This document shows, one piece after another, positions 20,069 to 29,416 of a stretch of DNA of 64,000 bases (its first letter is position 1; every line of letters begins with the position of its first letter). The notes below the pieces were generated by a model. The model did no database searches. It saw only the letters and a program-made list of their open reading frames with translations, and was not told the origin of the DNA. The translations under genes were made by a program, and so were the position numbers. The DNA comes from Spirochaetia bacterium (GTDB lineage: Bacteria; Spirochaetota; Spirochaetia; UBA9216): assembly GCA_965140585.1 (NCBI GenBank), contig OZ223272.1, positions 256,001 to 320,000 of the forward strand, written 5' to 3'.

Positions 20069-21558
20069 TTCAAAGAAAGCTCCAAACAAACCTCAGTCCC
20101 CTCTCCTGGGGCTGTTTTGATAGAAAGAGTTCCGCCAAGTTTTTCTGTATGCCTTTTAATCAATGTAAGCCCGAGGCCGGCACCCTTTTCATTACCTGTA
20201 CCGCGTGTGGACTTATGAACAATCCTGCTTGATTTAAGCGGATCAAAATCCATACCTGTCCCGTGATCACGAAAGGTTAAAAAAACAGAACCTTCATGCT
20301 GACGTGCATCTACTTCAATACTTCCTCCCTGATAGGAGAACTTGACAGCATTGGAAAGAATATTCCTGGCTAATATCATAAATGATTCACGCTCTATCAG
20401 CAGCTCAATATCCGGCTCTGCAGTAATCTTCAAATCAAGTTTCTTTGCATTTATATACGGAGCGAGGAGCTCTCCGGACTCAGCAAGCATTTGTTTTAGA
20501 CTGCAGTTCTCCTTTTTGATTTCGGTACCGCCCATTTCAAGCCTGGACCACTCAAGCAGATTAGACACAAGGATGGCACCGGTGTCAACAGCCATCCTCA
20601 ACTCACCGACGTATTCCTTTCGTTCAGGTTCTGACATTTGCTCATAATCATCATCAAGCCCCTGAATTACTCCTGTAATACCTCCGAACATTCCTGACAG
20701 ATCATGTGAGATTACTGAAAATAATCCGGATTTCAGTTCATCAGCCCTTTCCAGTTCATTTTTTCGGGTATTCAATTCATTAAAAATAGTCAGATAAGGT
20801 TCAGATATGCTTTTCTGTATTACAGCCCGGTATAGAAAATAAAAAGAAATTATCTTTGCAAAATGTCCTAGCATATTTGAAAAGCCGTAGTTGCTTGCAT
20901 AGAAGGTGAAGGATAATTCTGAAACAACAGTGAATGCAATTGAGAGATTGAGCATCCTGTATATTCCCGCTATAAATTTTCTACGTTTTCTGAATGCCGT
21001 AAAAAGTGAAAAAAGCAGGAGAATAATTATCACATACTCGCTGTATAATTTAAATGAGGTCTGTCCATGTCCTTCTACAAAACATACAGGGAAAATACCG
21101 GAAAAAAATATCGAATGAATCAGTATAATGGTTATCACCAGATATATAAAAAAGACAACGGATGTTCTGATTTTATTTCTGCGCCCTACAAAACTGAGCG
21201 AAACAATAAAAGTTAATGCTTCCAGCATCCTTGCCGCTACCCAAAGCTGGTTTGCATAGTACTCATAATCGGGAAATATATTCATCCCCTTATATCCAAG
21301 AGTATGCAGAAGATCCAGAAAGGCTATAAACAAATAGGCTATACCAAGGATAACCATATATCTCGCACTTAGATAATTCCTGCTGTTCCAAACCAGAATA
21401 AATATAGAGAAGGCTATAACTATACCAAATATTTCAGTCAGGGCGTGAAACAGCAGATAATTTCTACTCTGTATGATAAATAAACTCATTATTGAGAAGA
21501 ACAGTATAATCAGGGATGAAATTTTTATCTTTCTATCTGACTCGGCAGGTGAATCCAT
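20065..21558 (-). CDS. Sensor histidine kinase with MASE3 membrane domain
   Basis: NYLLFHALTE..LDLLHTLGYKGM..NQLWVAAR (MASE3); VISHDL; NILSNAVKFS; GTGNEKGAGLGL. Confidence 0.9.
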   Translation of the reverse strand: MDSPAESDRKIKISSLIILFFSIMSLFIIQSRNYLLFHALTEIFGIVIAFSIFILVWNSRNYLSARYMVILGIAYLFIAFLDLLHTLGYKGMNIFPDYEYYANQLWVAARMLEALTFIVSLSFVGRRNKIRTSVVFFIYLVITIILIHSIFFSGIFPVCFVEGHGQTSFKLYSEYVIIILLLFSLFTAFRKRRKFIAGIYRMLNLSIAFTVVSELSFTFYASNYGFSNMLGHFAKIISFYFLYRAVIQKSISEPYLTIFNELNTRKNELERADELKSGLFSVISHDLSGMFGGITGVIQGLDDDYEQMSEPERKEYVGELRMAVDTGAILVSNLLEWSRLEMGGTEIKKENCSLKQMLAESGELLAPYINAKKLDLKITAEPDIELLIERESFMILARNILSNAVKFSYQGGSIEVDARQHEGSVFLTFRDHGTGMDFDPLKSSRIVHKSTRGTGNEKGAGLGLTLIKRHTEKLGGTLSIKTAPGEGTEVCLELSLN

Positions 21559-21645
21559 AAAAGGAATTTTAGTTTATTCCCGGGGTTGATTCAACTTCTT
21601 TCAGTGAATAAGATTAGAAATCATTATATTTTGGAGATTGTACTT

Positions 21646-21864
21646 ATGGATAACAAGGTCATTCTGATAAACGGCTACACTAACGAGGAGACTCTTAAAA
21701 TAATGCGGGCTATAAAGGCGGTTCTTGAAGATCCCACAGAGGTAGCCTTTGCCATGGGAACAGAAACCAACCGGACCTGGGTGGTGAATGACCTGCTTAA
21801 AGAAGTCTCAGAAGAACATGAATATATGAAAAACAACCCTCCGGGACAGCATCAGAAAGGCTGA
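21646..21864 (+). CDS. Small protein, DUF3783-like
   Basis: VILING..IMRAIK..FAMGTETNRTWVVNDLLKEVSEEHEYM; GGAG upstream of ATG. Confidence 0.7.
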   Translation: MDNKVILINGYTNEETLKIMRAIKAVLEDPTEVAFAMGTETNRTWVVNDLLKEVSEEHEYMKNNPPGQHQKG

Positions 21865-22027
21865 TTTACATTAAAAATATATGCGTTCCCACAGGGACGT
21901 ATAACATCAACACTAAAGAATAATATTTGCTATATACTATAAAAAATAAATATTCATATATATATCTTATGTTTACATATATTATCAGCTGTATTTTTGA
22001 TGATTTAATTAATTTTCAAGTTTTAGG

Positions 22028-22056
22028 TTGACAAATATTCTGAATACTGTTTAAAT
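22028..22056 (+). promoter_or_regulatory. Sigma70-type promoter of leader/attenuator region
   Basis: TTGACA-17 bp-TTAAAT with TG extended -10. Confidence 0.6.
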
Positions 22057-22087
22057 ATAAACATCTTAACACAAGGAGACAGATTTG

Positions 22088-22159
22088 ATGATTAGAGTAA
22101 TTACATGCGTCACAGCGCTTTCTTATTTTAATTTTGTTTCATCGGAGAATCTGTCGTAA
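22088..22159 (+). CDS. Putative 23-aa leader peptide (uORF) MIRVITCVTALSYFNFVSSENLS
   Basis: AAGGAG ribosome-binding site upstream; 3' end complementary to the following terminator. Confidence 0.6.
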   Translation: MIRVITCVTALSYFNFVSSENLS

Positions 22160-22183
22160 CCTTGATTTATATAGCAGTTGGTT

Positions 22184-22215
22184 GCCGTGATTCTCTGAAT
22201 CACGGCTTTTTTTTT
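22184..22215 (+). terminator. Attenuator terminator 1
   Basis: GCCGTGATTC-TCT-GAATCACGGC followed by T9. Confidence 0.85.
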
Positions 22216-22233
22216 GCTGTATTACAGCCGGAA

Positions 22234-22266
22234 GCCGTAGACTTTACCAGTTTGCGGCTTTTTTTT
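22234..22266 (+). terminator. Attenuator terminator 2
   Basis: GCCGTAGACT-TTACC-AGTTTGCGGC (two G-U pairs) followed by T8. Confidence 0.8.
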
Positions 22267-22310
22267 CATCCGGAACATATCCCCGGATGATGTCAAAAAG
22301 GAGAGATAAA

Positions 22311-22556
22311 ATGTGTGCAGACGGTTATGACTACAGAACGGCTGCAGGGCTTCACAAGGACCGGCTTCGTGAAGCAGAATCAATCAGACTGGCTAAGAGA
22401 GCCAAATTGGCCTCTAAGGCTGCAATTGCAGATTCCCCTGCGATAGCAGTCAGCCGGATGGCGGAACCAACAGTGTTAAAGACCGCCGCAGAGAGCATCA
22501 GAATTTCGCTTGGCAGAAAACTAATTTCGCTTGGTGAGAAACTGATTGAAGCCTGA
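22311..22556 (+). CDS. Small basic helical hypothetical protein (81 aa)
   Basis: AAGGAG RBS; HKDRLREAESIRLAKRA..RISLGRKLISLGEKL; followed by a terminator. Confidence 0.7.
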   Translation: MCADGYDYRTAAGLHKDRLREAESIRLAKRAKLASKAAIADSPAIAVSRMAEPTVLKTAAESIRISLGRKLISLGEKLIEA

Positions 22557-22637
22557 TTCGTCCACGACGAGGACTCATTAAAAGTGAGGGGGAATAATGA
22601 AATGAATAGAGGAATTTTTTAATTAAGACTTAAACTT

Positions 22638-22670
22638 GAGCTGACCGGAGAACTCTCGGTCAGCTCTTTA
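22638..22670 (+). terminator. Rho-independent terminator
   Basis: GAGCTGACCGGAG-AA-CTCTCGGTCAGCTC-TTTT. Confidence 0.75.
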
Positions 22671-22767
22671 TATTTAGAGATAATTTCAAAACTAATCGAG
22701 TTTAAACGAAATTCTATACCTTACAATTTTTGTTGACATATATATTGTTATATATTAGCATCCTGAG

Positions 22768-23937
22768 ATGAAGAAATCGACCAATGTAATCCGCATCTCA
22801 ATACTTGCAGCAGTACTATTGCTTACTACAATTCAGGGACGGCTTCATGCTATTCTGAAGCTGTTTCCTCCTGTTGATGCATTCTGCCCCTTCGGAGGAC
22901 TTGAAGCAGTTTACGGACTTATCAAATACGATGCCATGATTAGGAAAATTGCCTTAAGCAGTTTTATCCTGTTAGGAGCTGTTTTAATTACGGCGTTATT
23001 TTTCAGACGAAGTTTCTGCGGCAATATTTGTCCGCTCGGATTTCTTCAAGAAATATCTGCAAAGATAGGAAGAAAGTTCTTTGTAAAAAGAAAGCCGATT
23101 CCCTCTGTTATTGACCGTAAACTGAGATACCTAAAATACGTTATTCTTGCTGTTGTAATAGCAGGAACCTGGTACACGATGAATTTGATTTTCAGACCCT
23201 GGGACCCATGGGCTGCCTACCATCATATAGGCTCGGATGAACTGTTTGCTGAATATCTTTTCGGTGTGATTATACTGGCTCTTTCGGTAGTAGTATCATT
23301 TTTTGACGATCGTTTCTTCTGTAAATATTTGTGCCCCATGGGCGCATTCCTGGCTCCCGTATCCAGAATTGGTATCTTTAAAATCCGCAATGACAGAGAG
23401 AAATGCATTTCATGCGGATGCTGCGATCATATCTGTCAGATGAACATTCCAATCGCGGATAAAACCGTAATTACATCAGCGGAATGTATTTCCTGTATGG
23501 AATGTGTAGAAATATGTCCTGTAGATTCGCTCTCTGTTGAAGCCCCGTCTGCCGGTGAGAAAAAAAGAAACCTTAAACCGTCCCTGCTTATAATTCTCAC
23601 AGCTTCTGTATTTGTAATTGTTATTGCAGTAACTACATTAACTGGAAGCTATGTATGGAAGGCTCCGACCGGACTCCCTCACAAAACAGAAAGACTGCTG
23701 CTTGGACCTGCACAGATAAAAGACAACAATAATTTTATTGATATCATTCAGATATACCGGATAAGCCCCGACTATATAATTTCCGAATGGAACATAGGAG
23801 AAGAGGAATTATCAGAACCATTTGAGGATCTGGGAATTGATCCGAAATTTGTCAGAGATTTTGTTGAAAAAATATACAGTGAAGCGGGACTTGATCCTAA
23901 AAATCTACTCGGAGGCGGAGGCCGCGGACAGCATTAA
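22768..23937 (+). CDS. Membrane 4Fe-4S-binding protein (intact paralog of 5845-6885)
   Basis: DAFCPFGGLE, FCGNICPLG, FCKYLCPMG, CISCGCCDHICQM, CISCMECVEICP. Confidence 0.88.
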   Translation: MKKSTNVIRISILAAVLLLTTIQGRLHAILKLFPPVDAFCPFGGLEAVYGLIKYDAMIRKIALSSFILLGAVLITALFFRRSFCGNICPLGFLQEISAKIGRKFFVKRKPIPSVIDRKLRYLKYVILAVVIAGTWYTMNLIFRPWDPWAAYHHIGSDELFAEYLFGVIILALSVVVSFFDDRFFCKYLCPMGAFLAPVSRIGIFKIRNDREKCISCGCCDHICQMNIPIADKTVITSAECISCMECVEICPVDSLSVEAPSAGEKKRNLKPSLLIILTASVFVIVIAVTTLTGSYVWKAPTGLPHKTERLLLGPAQIKDNNNFIDIIQIYRISPDYIISEWNIGEEELSEPFEDLGIDPKFVRDFVEKIYSEAGLDPKNLLGGGGRGQH

Positions 23938-23956
23938 ATAATAAACCTGATTATTA

Positions 23957-23992
23957 AAAAGCCGCTGCAAACTATAGTTTTAAGCGGCTTTT
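23957..23992. terminator. Bidirectional terminator
   Basis: AAAAGCCGCT...AGCGGCTTTT between convergent genes. Confidence 0.75.
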
Positions 23993-23999
23993 ATTATTA

Positions 24000-24533
24000 T
24001 CAGAGTTCGGGAATTTCAGGTTTGAAGTTTCTCCAGTCAGGAACCTTGAACCCTGCAGGGAATTCCGATTCATTGAATGGCAGCCAGGTCTGGTTACGGC
24101 CTATAAAAAGAATCTTTCCCCGGACTATAAGGTTGCCGTCTTCCTTCCAGAGCTCACAGTCATATATACCCGGCTTTTTTTCTTCATCACCAGGATCCAT
24201 AATCTTTCCGCCGCCCCATTTTTTCTTTTTATCTTTCATCTCCCAGATGATAGTAAGACCGTTAAAAGCCGGCTCACCTTTAAGAAAAGGAGATTTCTTT
24301 TCCTGCCGGTAGAGATCATCCTCTATAACTCCGAAATCATCGAATGAACAGAGAACCCGTCCGTAAATCATTCCATTATACTTATAGATGGCAACAACAC
24401 CCTTTGGATTACCGGTTTCATCATCAATAGTCTTCCATAATCCCGTAATATCTTCCGCCTGGGCAAATACCATCGCTGGAAGAAGCAGTCCGGTCAGAAG
24501 TATCAGAAACAGAAATAGCGTTCTTGTTTTCAT
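24000..24533 (-). CDS. DUF2147 secreted protein
   Basis: Signal peptide; GLWKTIDDETG..GGKIMDP..LIVRG..GRNQTW. Confidence 0.85.
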   Translation of the reverse strand: MKTRTLFLFLILLTGLLLPAMVFAQAEDITGLWKTIDDETGNPKGVVAIYKYNGMIYGRVLCSFDDFGVIEDDLYRQEKKSPFLKGEPAFNGLTIIWEMKDKKKKWGGGKIMDPGDEEKKPGIYDCELWKEDGNLIVRGKILFIGRNQTWLPFNESEFPAGFKVPDWRNFKPEIPEL

Positions 24534-24848
24534 AATGTTCTCCTTTTAGATTATCCTCAATTTTATGACAGCTTGTAGAATTTTACAATTAAATTATCCG
24601 GAGCGGGTAAAAAGCGAAAAATAATTATCAAACAAAAATTTGGGCTGCCCTACAACGTAAGACAGCCCGGGTATTTTTTAAGGGGGTAGAAAACTACTTC
24701 CTTAAAGGAGACTGATCTTAACTCAAAGCTCGGTAAGCTTTGAGTTAAGATAGAATTATGTTTAACAAATAAATTGTTAAACATAATTCATTTACATTCA
24801 ATGAAACGATTTCAAAAGTTTCTAACTTTTGAAATCGCTTTATATTTT

Positions 24849-26069
24849 TTAGTACAGTCTGGTCTCAACAATCTCATCTACGAGGATGTCAAGTTTGGCT
24901 GCTTCGGAAAGGTAATATTCCCTTTCTTTTGTTTCAAGAACCTCAGGCGGGAAACATCCCTTTGTTGTAATTACATCGTTCACAAACATCTTTGTGAAAA
25001 GGAATGCTGCCTGACCTGTAAGGTAGGATTCATGTGTGATGCCTGCTTTTTCAAAAGCTTCTGTAAGGCCCGGAGCTAAGCAGTAGAGGTCGATTCGAAC
25101 CTTTCTTCCGTCTTTAACACCCTCAACCCTGACAAGAAAAACTCCGTCTTCTGAAACCATACCTTCATCAAGAACAGCCTTGATTTCATCGGCATACTTG
25201 GGAGCCGGAGGTGTTAGCTTTGAAACTATATCCATAGGTACGATTTCTGTACCCTTAACTTCAATTTTTTCATCTGAGAGCAGACCCATTTTGTAAAGTG
25301 ATTCTGCAAGCTCAAGTCCCGGACCTCCGTAACGGAAGTTAACTTCCTTAACGCCCTTGAGAACCTTGCCGGAGAGAAGTCCCATTGTTACAGGTTCTTC
25401 GTGCTCGTGGTCAACCATTCTCTTCTCGCCTACACCTTTGAACTCAGTCATCTGAGGATTGTTGAATGGAGGAACTTTTACAAACTCACCGTCTTTATAA
25501 AGAATCGGTTCTGCAGCCATATCGCCGAAAGCAGTCTGCGGAGACCACCAGAACGGAATAAATTTCTTTGACCATATTTCATCGTAAACAAAGATATCAA
25601 TTTTGTCACAGCTGTCGAGTTTTTCAACTCCGTGCCGTGTAAGCACATTCGCCATTCCGGGCGCCGAACCGGTATTAATGAGAGCAGTAAGCCCCTTTGC
25701 AGCAAACTCATCATTTCTGTTGAGACAGCGCTTTACAGCTGAAACGAAATCCAGATCGCTTACCGGACCTGAAGCGAGATCCTGGTAGCATGCACCGACT
25801 GCAAGTGCGGCATCCATCACATTCATGTTAAAGTTAGGATCGAGTCCGTTTACAATTAAATCACAACCCTCTGCTGCTTTTATAATTTCATCAGTATTCT
25901 TTGCATTAAGCTGCACAGCCTTTGCCTTTGTCAGCTGGGCGGCAATACTTTCGGCGGCTTTCTGGTCATAATCAGCACAGATTACCTCAGCTACATTTTT
26001 CTCTTCATCAAGTCTTCTTGCAATAGTACTTCCCTGTGCACCTACACCGACAACTATTACCTTTTTCAT
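24849..26069 (-). CDS. Saccharopine dehydrogenase/carboxynorspermidine synthase-like NAD(P)-dependent oxidoreductase
   Basis: VGVGAQGS, YQDLA, NTGSAPGMANV, HEHEEP, GCFPPE. Confidence 0.85.
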   Translation of the reverse strand: MKKVIVVGVGAQGSTIARRLDEEKNVAEVICADYDQKAAESIAAQLTKAKAVQLNAKNTDEIIKAAEGCDLIVNGLDPNFNMNVMDAALAVGACYQDLASGPVSDLDFVSAVKRCLNRNDEFAAKGLTALINTGSAPGMANVLTRHGVEKLDSCDKIDIFVYDEIWSKKFIPFWWSPQTAFGDMAAEPILYKDGEFVKVPPFNNPQMTEFKGVGEKRMVDHEHEEPVTMGLLSGKVLKGVKEVNFRYGGPGLELAESLYKMGLLSDEKIEVKGTEIVPMDIVSKLTPPAPKYADEIKAVLDEGMVSEDGVFLVRVEGVKDGRKVRIDLYCLAPGLTEAFEKAGITHESYLTGQAAFLFTKMFVNDVITTKGCFPPEVLETKEREYYLSEAAKLDILVDEIVETRLY

Positions 26070-26219
26070 GTTCTTTTACCTCAAAATAAACCTTTACGGC
26101 CGTTTGTTCAGACAGAAACCTGCCTATTTATTATAATTTAGCAGATCCGGTGCTATCACCGGATCCGCAATTAATACTGATGGAAATGTCTGATACTTCC
26201 ATATTGGACTTATCAGATT

Positions 26220-26342
26220 TTACTCTTTATCATGCAGCCTTTTCAGCTGAGCCTTTGCACCCTGAACATACCAGAATATAAGACATATAGGACCTATGAT
26301 AGAAACGGCTCCCATAATATAACAAGTTACATTCCAACCCAT
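26220..26342 (-). CDS. 40-aa single-TM protein, probable symporter accessory subunit (absent from ORF track)
   Basis: MGWNVTCYIMGAVSIIGPICLIFWYVQGAKAQLKRLHDKE; ATG overlaps symporter stop (TAATG) with GGAGG RBS. Confidence 0.7.
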   Translation of the reverse strand: MGWNVTCYIMGAVSIIGPICLIFWYVQGAKAQLKRLHDKE

Positions 26343-27850
26343 TAAACTGCCTCCTCTACGGTCTTTTTGCCAAGAGCATTTGCAACCAGGTAAATGATTA
26401 TTACCGTAGGAACAATTATAAGAATACCCTGCTCCTGCCAGATCTCAAACTTACCGACTTTAACAAGATATACTTCCCAGTCATCACTCCATGTTCCGAA
26501 GAAGTTAGACCAGATGTACCAGACAACTGAAAGTATCAGACCTACAGCTGTTGACAAAGTACCGGCAATCTTTTTAACCGGTTTCTTACTGAATGCTCCA
26601 AAGTATACCGGAACCAGAGCAACTGAAAGAATAATGGTTGCCTGGAAGACCCATACTTCCATTATAGCATCAAAGGTGAATGAAAGACCTATGGACAGAG
26701 CCGCAGAAAGCAGCATTCCAAGCTTGGTCATCTTTTCAACCTTGTCAGAGTCAGCCTTCGGATTGATGGTATTCTTGTAAATATCATATCCGATAACACC
26801 GCCTGCAACCAAGAAGTATGAATCTGCAGTTGACATTGCCGCAGCAAAAACACCAGCAACAAAAACACCCAGAATACCGACGGGAAGATACTGTCCGCAA
26901 ACTGCAAACAGTGCCTGATTGGCTTCAACTTCGGGAATAATCCCAAGCCCTATTGCGGCTGCTCCAAGTATACCCAGGAATGTGACGCACCAGTCAAACG
27001 ACAGCCACATCGGAACCCCTGCAGCAAAAGCCTTTTTAATTTCCTTAGGTCCTGCTGACGCAAAAACCCTCTGGAAGAATGCAGGCTCTGCAAGCACTGC
27101 AAAAGCAGTGATTGAATACGAAACCAGAGTCCATGGACTCAGGTAGCCTGCCCCCGCACTGAAGAAATAGCTGGCATCTTCGGCGCTTCCGGTCCACTCG
27201 ATCAGACCGTTAAAGACATTTTCATACCCGCCTATTGCCTTCCAGCCGATTATAAGTGCGATACCGACTGTGATCATCATTGAGATGAACTGTATAAAGT
27301 CGGTCATTGTTACCGCCCACAGACCTCCGGTGATCGTATAGATCAGTACCAGGGCGGCACCTATAAGAATTCCTGCCCAGATAGGCATTCCGGTTATCAG
27401 ATTCAGGATAAATCCGATTCCCATCATTTCCATTGTGTTGGTCGAATACAGGAAAGCAGCAATGGAAGTGAAAATACCTGCTGGTTTTCCGTACTTCTTA
27501 AACGCAATATCCTGCATTGTCGTTCCGTCCGGAAACAGCTCCTTGAATTTCGGCGCCAGGAACGCCATTACTACATACAGTGCCGTATAAGGCAGCGAGT
27601 ATGCAAAGAAAGCGGATATTCCTTCATAGAACCCAACCTCTGATGTTCCAAAAAGGGTATCCAGCCCGTAGAATGTTGATACCAGGGTTCCTACAAGCAA
27701 TGGTGCTGTAAGAGTCCTGCCGGCCATGAAATAGTCATCGAATCCCTGCTTCTTTTTCGAGAAATAAAACCCGACAAAGAGCATGAACGCAATGTACAGT
27801 CCCAGAATCAACCAATCCAGGACATGCAGTTGTACTACTGAACCGTTCAA
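26342..27850 (-). CDS. Sodium:solute symporter (SSS family)
   Basis: DYFMAGR, YTITGGLWAVTMTDFIQ, FQRVFA, AAMSTADS; about 13 TM. Confidence 0.92.
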   Translation of the reverse strand: MNGSVVQLHVLDWLILGLYIAFMLFVGFYFSKKKQGFDDYFMAGRTLTAPLLVGTLVSTFYGLDTLFGTSEVGFYEGISAFFAYSLPYTALYVVMAFLAPKFKELFPDGTTMQDIAFKKYGKPAGIFTSIAAFLYSTNTMEMMGIGFILNLITGMPIWAGILIGAALVLIYTITGGLWAVTMTDFIQFISMMITVGIALIIGWKAIGGYENVFNGLIEWTGSAEDASYFFSAGAGYLSPWTLVSYSITAFAVLAEPAFFQRVFASAGPKEIKKAFAAGVPMWLSFDWCVTFLGILGAAAIGLGIIPEVEANQALFAVCGQYLPVGILGVFVAGVFAAAMSTADSYFLVAGGVIGYDIYKNTINPKADSDKVEKMTKLGMLLSAALSIGLSFTFDAIMEVWVFQATIILSVALVPVYFGAFSKKPVKKIAGTLSTAVGLILSVVWYIWSNFFGTWSDDWEVYLVKVGKFEIWQEQGILIIVPTVIIIYLVANALGKKTVEEAV

Positions 27851-27979
27851 TAATCTCCTCCTGTCTTAATATAGATTGACTAATCATTCTATAAATAATG
27901 GCTGTCTCATCTCTGACACAGCCATGTTAAAGGAGTGATAATTGAGTACACCCCCTATTCAGGGGTTGTCATTTATATT

Positions 27980-29287
27980 CTACCAGTCTGCAAGAACTTC
28001 TTTTACTGCTTCTTCAAAAGCATTAAGTGAGAATTCTGCATCCTCATCAGTATGGCAGGAAGAAATGAACCAGGGTTCTCTTGAATCATGGTCGGGCATA
28101 AGTCCCTTTTCCATACATTTATCGATTATAGCACTGTAAAGTTCATGATCTCCGTCTGCCCAGTCCTGGTACTCAATACATTCATCCTTATCGGTGAAAA
28201 TAATACCCGGCATTGCATCAGGGCCCTGGACTACATAGTTAACACCTGCTTTATCAAGTATCTTCTTGAAGCCTTCCTTTAGGAGTTTTCCATGATGGTT
28301 CACTTTATCAAGCTCTCCGGCAGCCATAAGATCAAGAACCTTATCTGCAGCAGCCATTGAAACAACGTTTGAACCGTAGGTTCCGCCGTGAGGAATCTTT
28401 CCGGGCCCTACTTCACCCATGATCTCTTCTTTACCGGCGATTGCTGCAACAGGAAAACCGTTACCAAGACACTTTGCATAAGTTACAAGGTCGGCTTTAA
28501 CATTGAAGTATTCCTGTGCCCCGCCCGGAGCTATACGGAATCCGGTTTTAACCTCGTCCATGATCATTACGATACCGTATTCGTCACATTTCTTTCTGAT
28601 AAAATCAAGGAAGCCCGGCTGCGGCATAATTGAAGCCTGGTTACCGAGAAGCGGTTCTACAATAATACACGCTATATCATGCCATTTTTCATGAAGCTTT
28701 CTTTCGAGAAGCTCAAAATCGTTAAAAGGCAGTGACCACACAAGGTCGCTAATAAGTGCAGGAATACCGGAGCCCTGTGGTACAAGAAACGGAGAGTTTC
28801 TGTAACCTACTCCTGATACAGGCGGATAAGTATTCCAAAGTGTATAATCATGGAAGCCGTGGTAGGCTCCGTCAAATTTCAGAACATCATTTCTGTCGGT
28901 AAATGCCCTTGCAATTCTGATTGCACCCATAGTTGCTTCTGTACCGGTATTTGTAAATCTAACAAGATCAACACCAGTCATAGCTCTAATCTTCTCAGCA
29001 ACACTGATTTCATAGGGGTTGGTCATTGCAAAGCAGTTACCCATACTCATAGCTTCCGTTACGTATTCAGTGATTTCTTCTCTAGCATGTCCGAGAATAA
29101 CAGGACCGAAGCCCAGCCTGTAATCGACATACTTGTTGTCATCCTGGTCCCAGAGATAGGCGCCTTTCGCATTCTTTACGACGAGTGTTTTGTCATCACC
29201 CCAGTACCTGAAGTTCGATGATACACCGCCAGGAATTGATTTTTTTGCCCGTTCAAACATTGCTCTGCTTTTAGGACCGCTATTCAT
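27980..29287 (-). CDS. Class III PLP aminotransferase, glutamate-1-semialdehyde aminomutase-like
   Basis: IPGGVSSNFR, FTNTGTEA, YHGFHD, DEVKTGFR, YAKCLGNGFP, HGGTY. Confidence 0.88.
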   Translation of the reverse strand: MNSGPKSRAMFERAKKSIPGGVSSNFRYWGDDKTLVVKNAKGAYLWDQDDNKYVDYRLGFGPVILGHAREEITEYVTEAMSMGNCFAMTNPYEISVAEKIRAMTGVDLVRFTNTGTEATMGAIRIARAFTDRNDVLKFDGAYHGFHDYTLWNTYPPVSGVGYRNSPFLVPQGSGIPALISDLVWSLPFNDFELLERKLHEKWHDIACIIVEPLLGNQASIMPQPGFLDFIRKKCDEYGIVMIMDEVKTGFRIAPGGAQEYFNVKADLVTYAKCLGNGFPVAAIAGKEEIMGEVGPGKIPHGGTYGSNVVSMAAADKVLDLMAAGELDKVNHHGKLLKEGFKKILDKAGVNYVVQGPDAMPGIIFTDKDECIEYQDWADGDHELYSAIIDKCMEKGLMPDHDSREPWFISSCHTDEDAEFSLNAFEEAVKEVLADW

Positions 29288-29416
29288 TTATTCGTACCTC
29301 ATTATAAAAAGATTGTCATTTGTTTAATTTTATACAATAATATCCTATCACAGCTCTGAACAGATTATGACACAGCCCTGTCATTTACGGAATTTGCTGT
29401 AAAATGAGGTGAAATT

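Noticed and set aside
21865-22020. Very AT-rich intergenic stretch as origin or repeat
   Set aside because: No DnaA-box cluster or iterons visible; consistent with promoter-upstream DNA
22088-22159. Classical ilv/thr amino-acid attenuator
   Set aside because: Some Ile/Val/Thr codons but no tandem run, and no biosynthetic gene follows; not fully excluded
27980-29287. hemL assignment
   Set aside because: No tetrapyrrole genes nearby; it heads a transporter operon with a dedicated regulator
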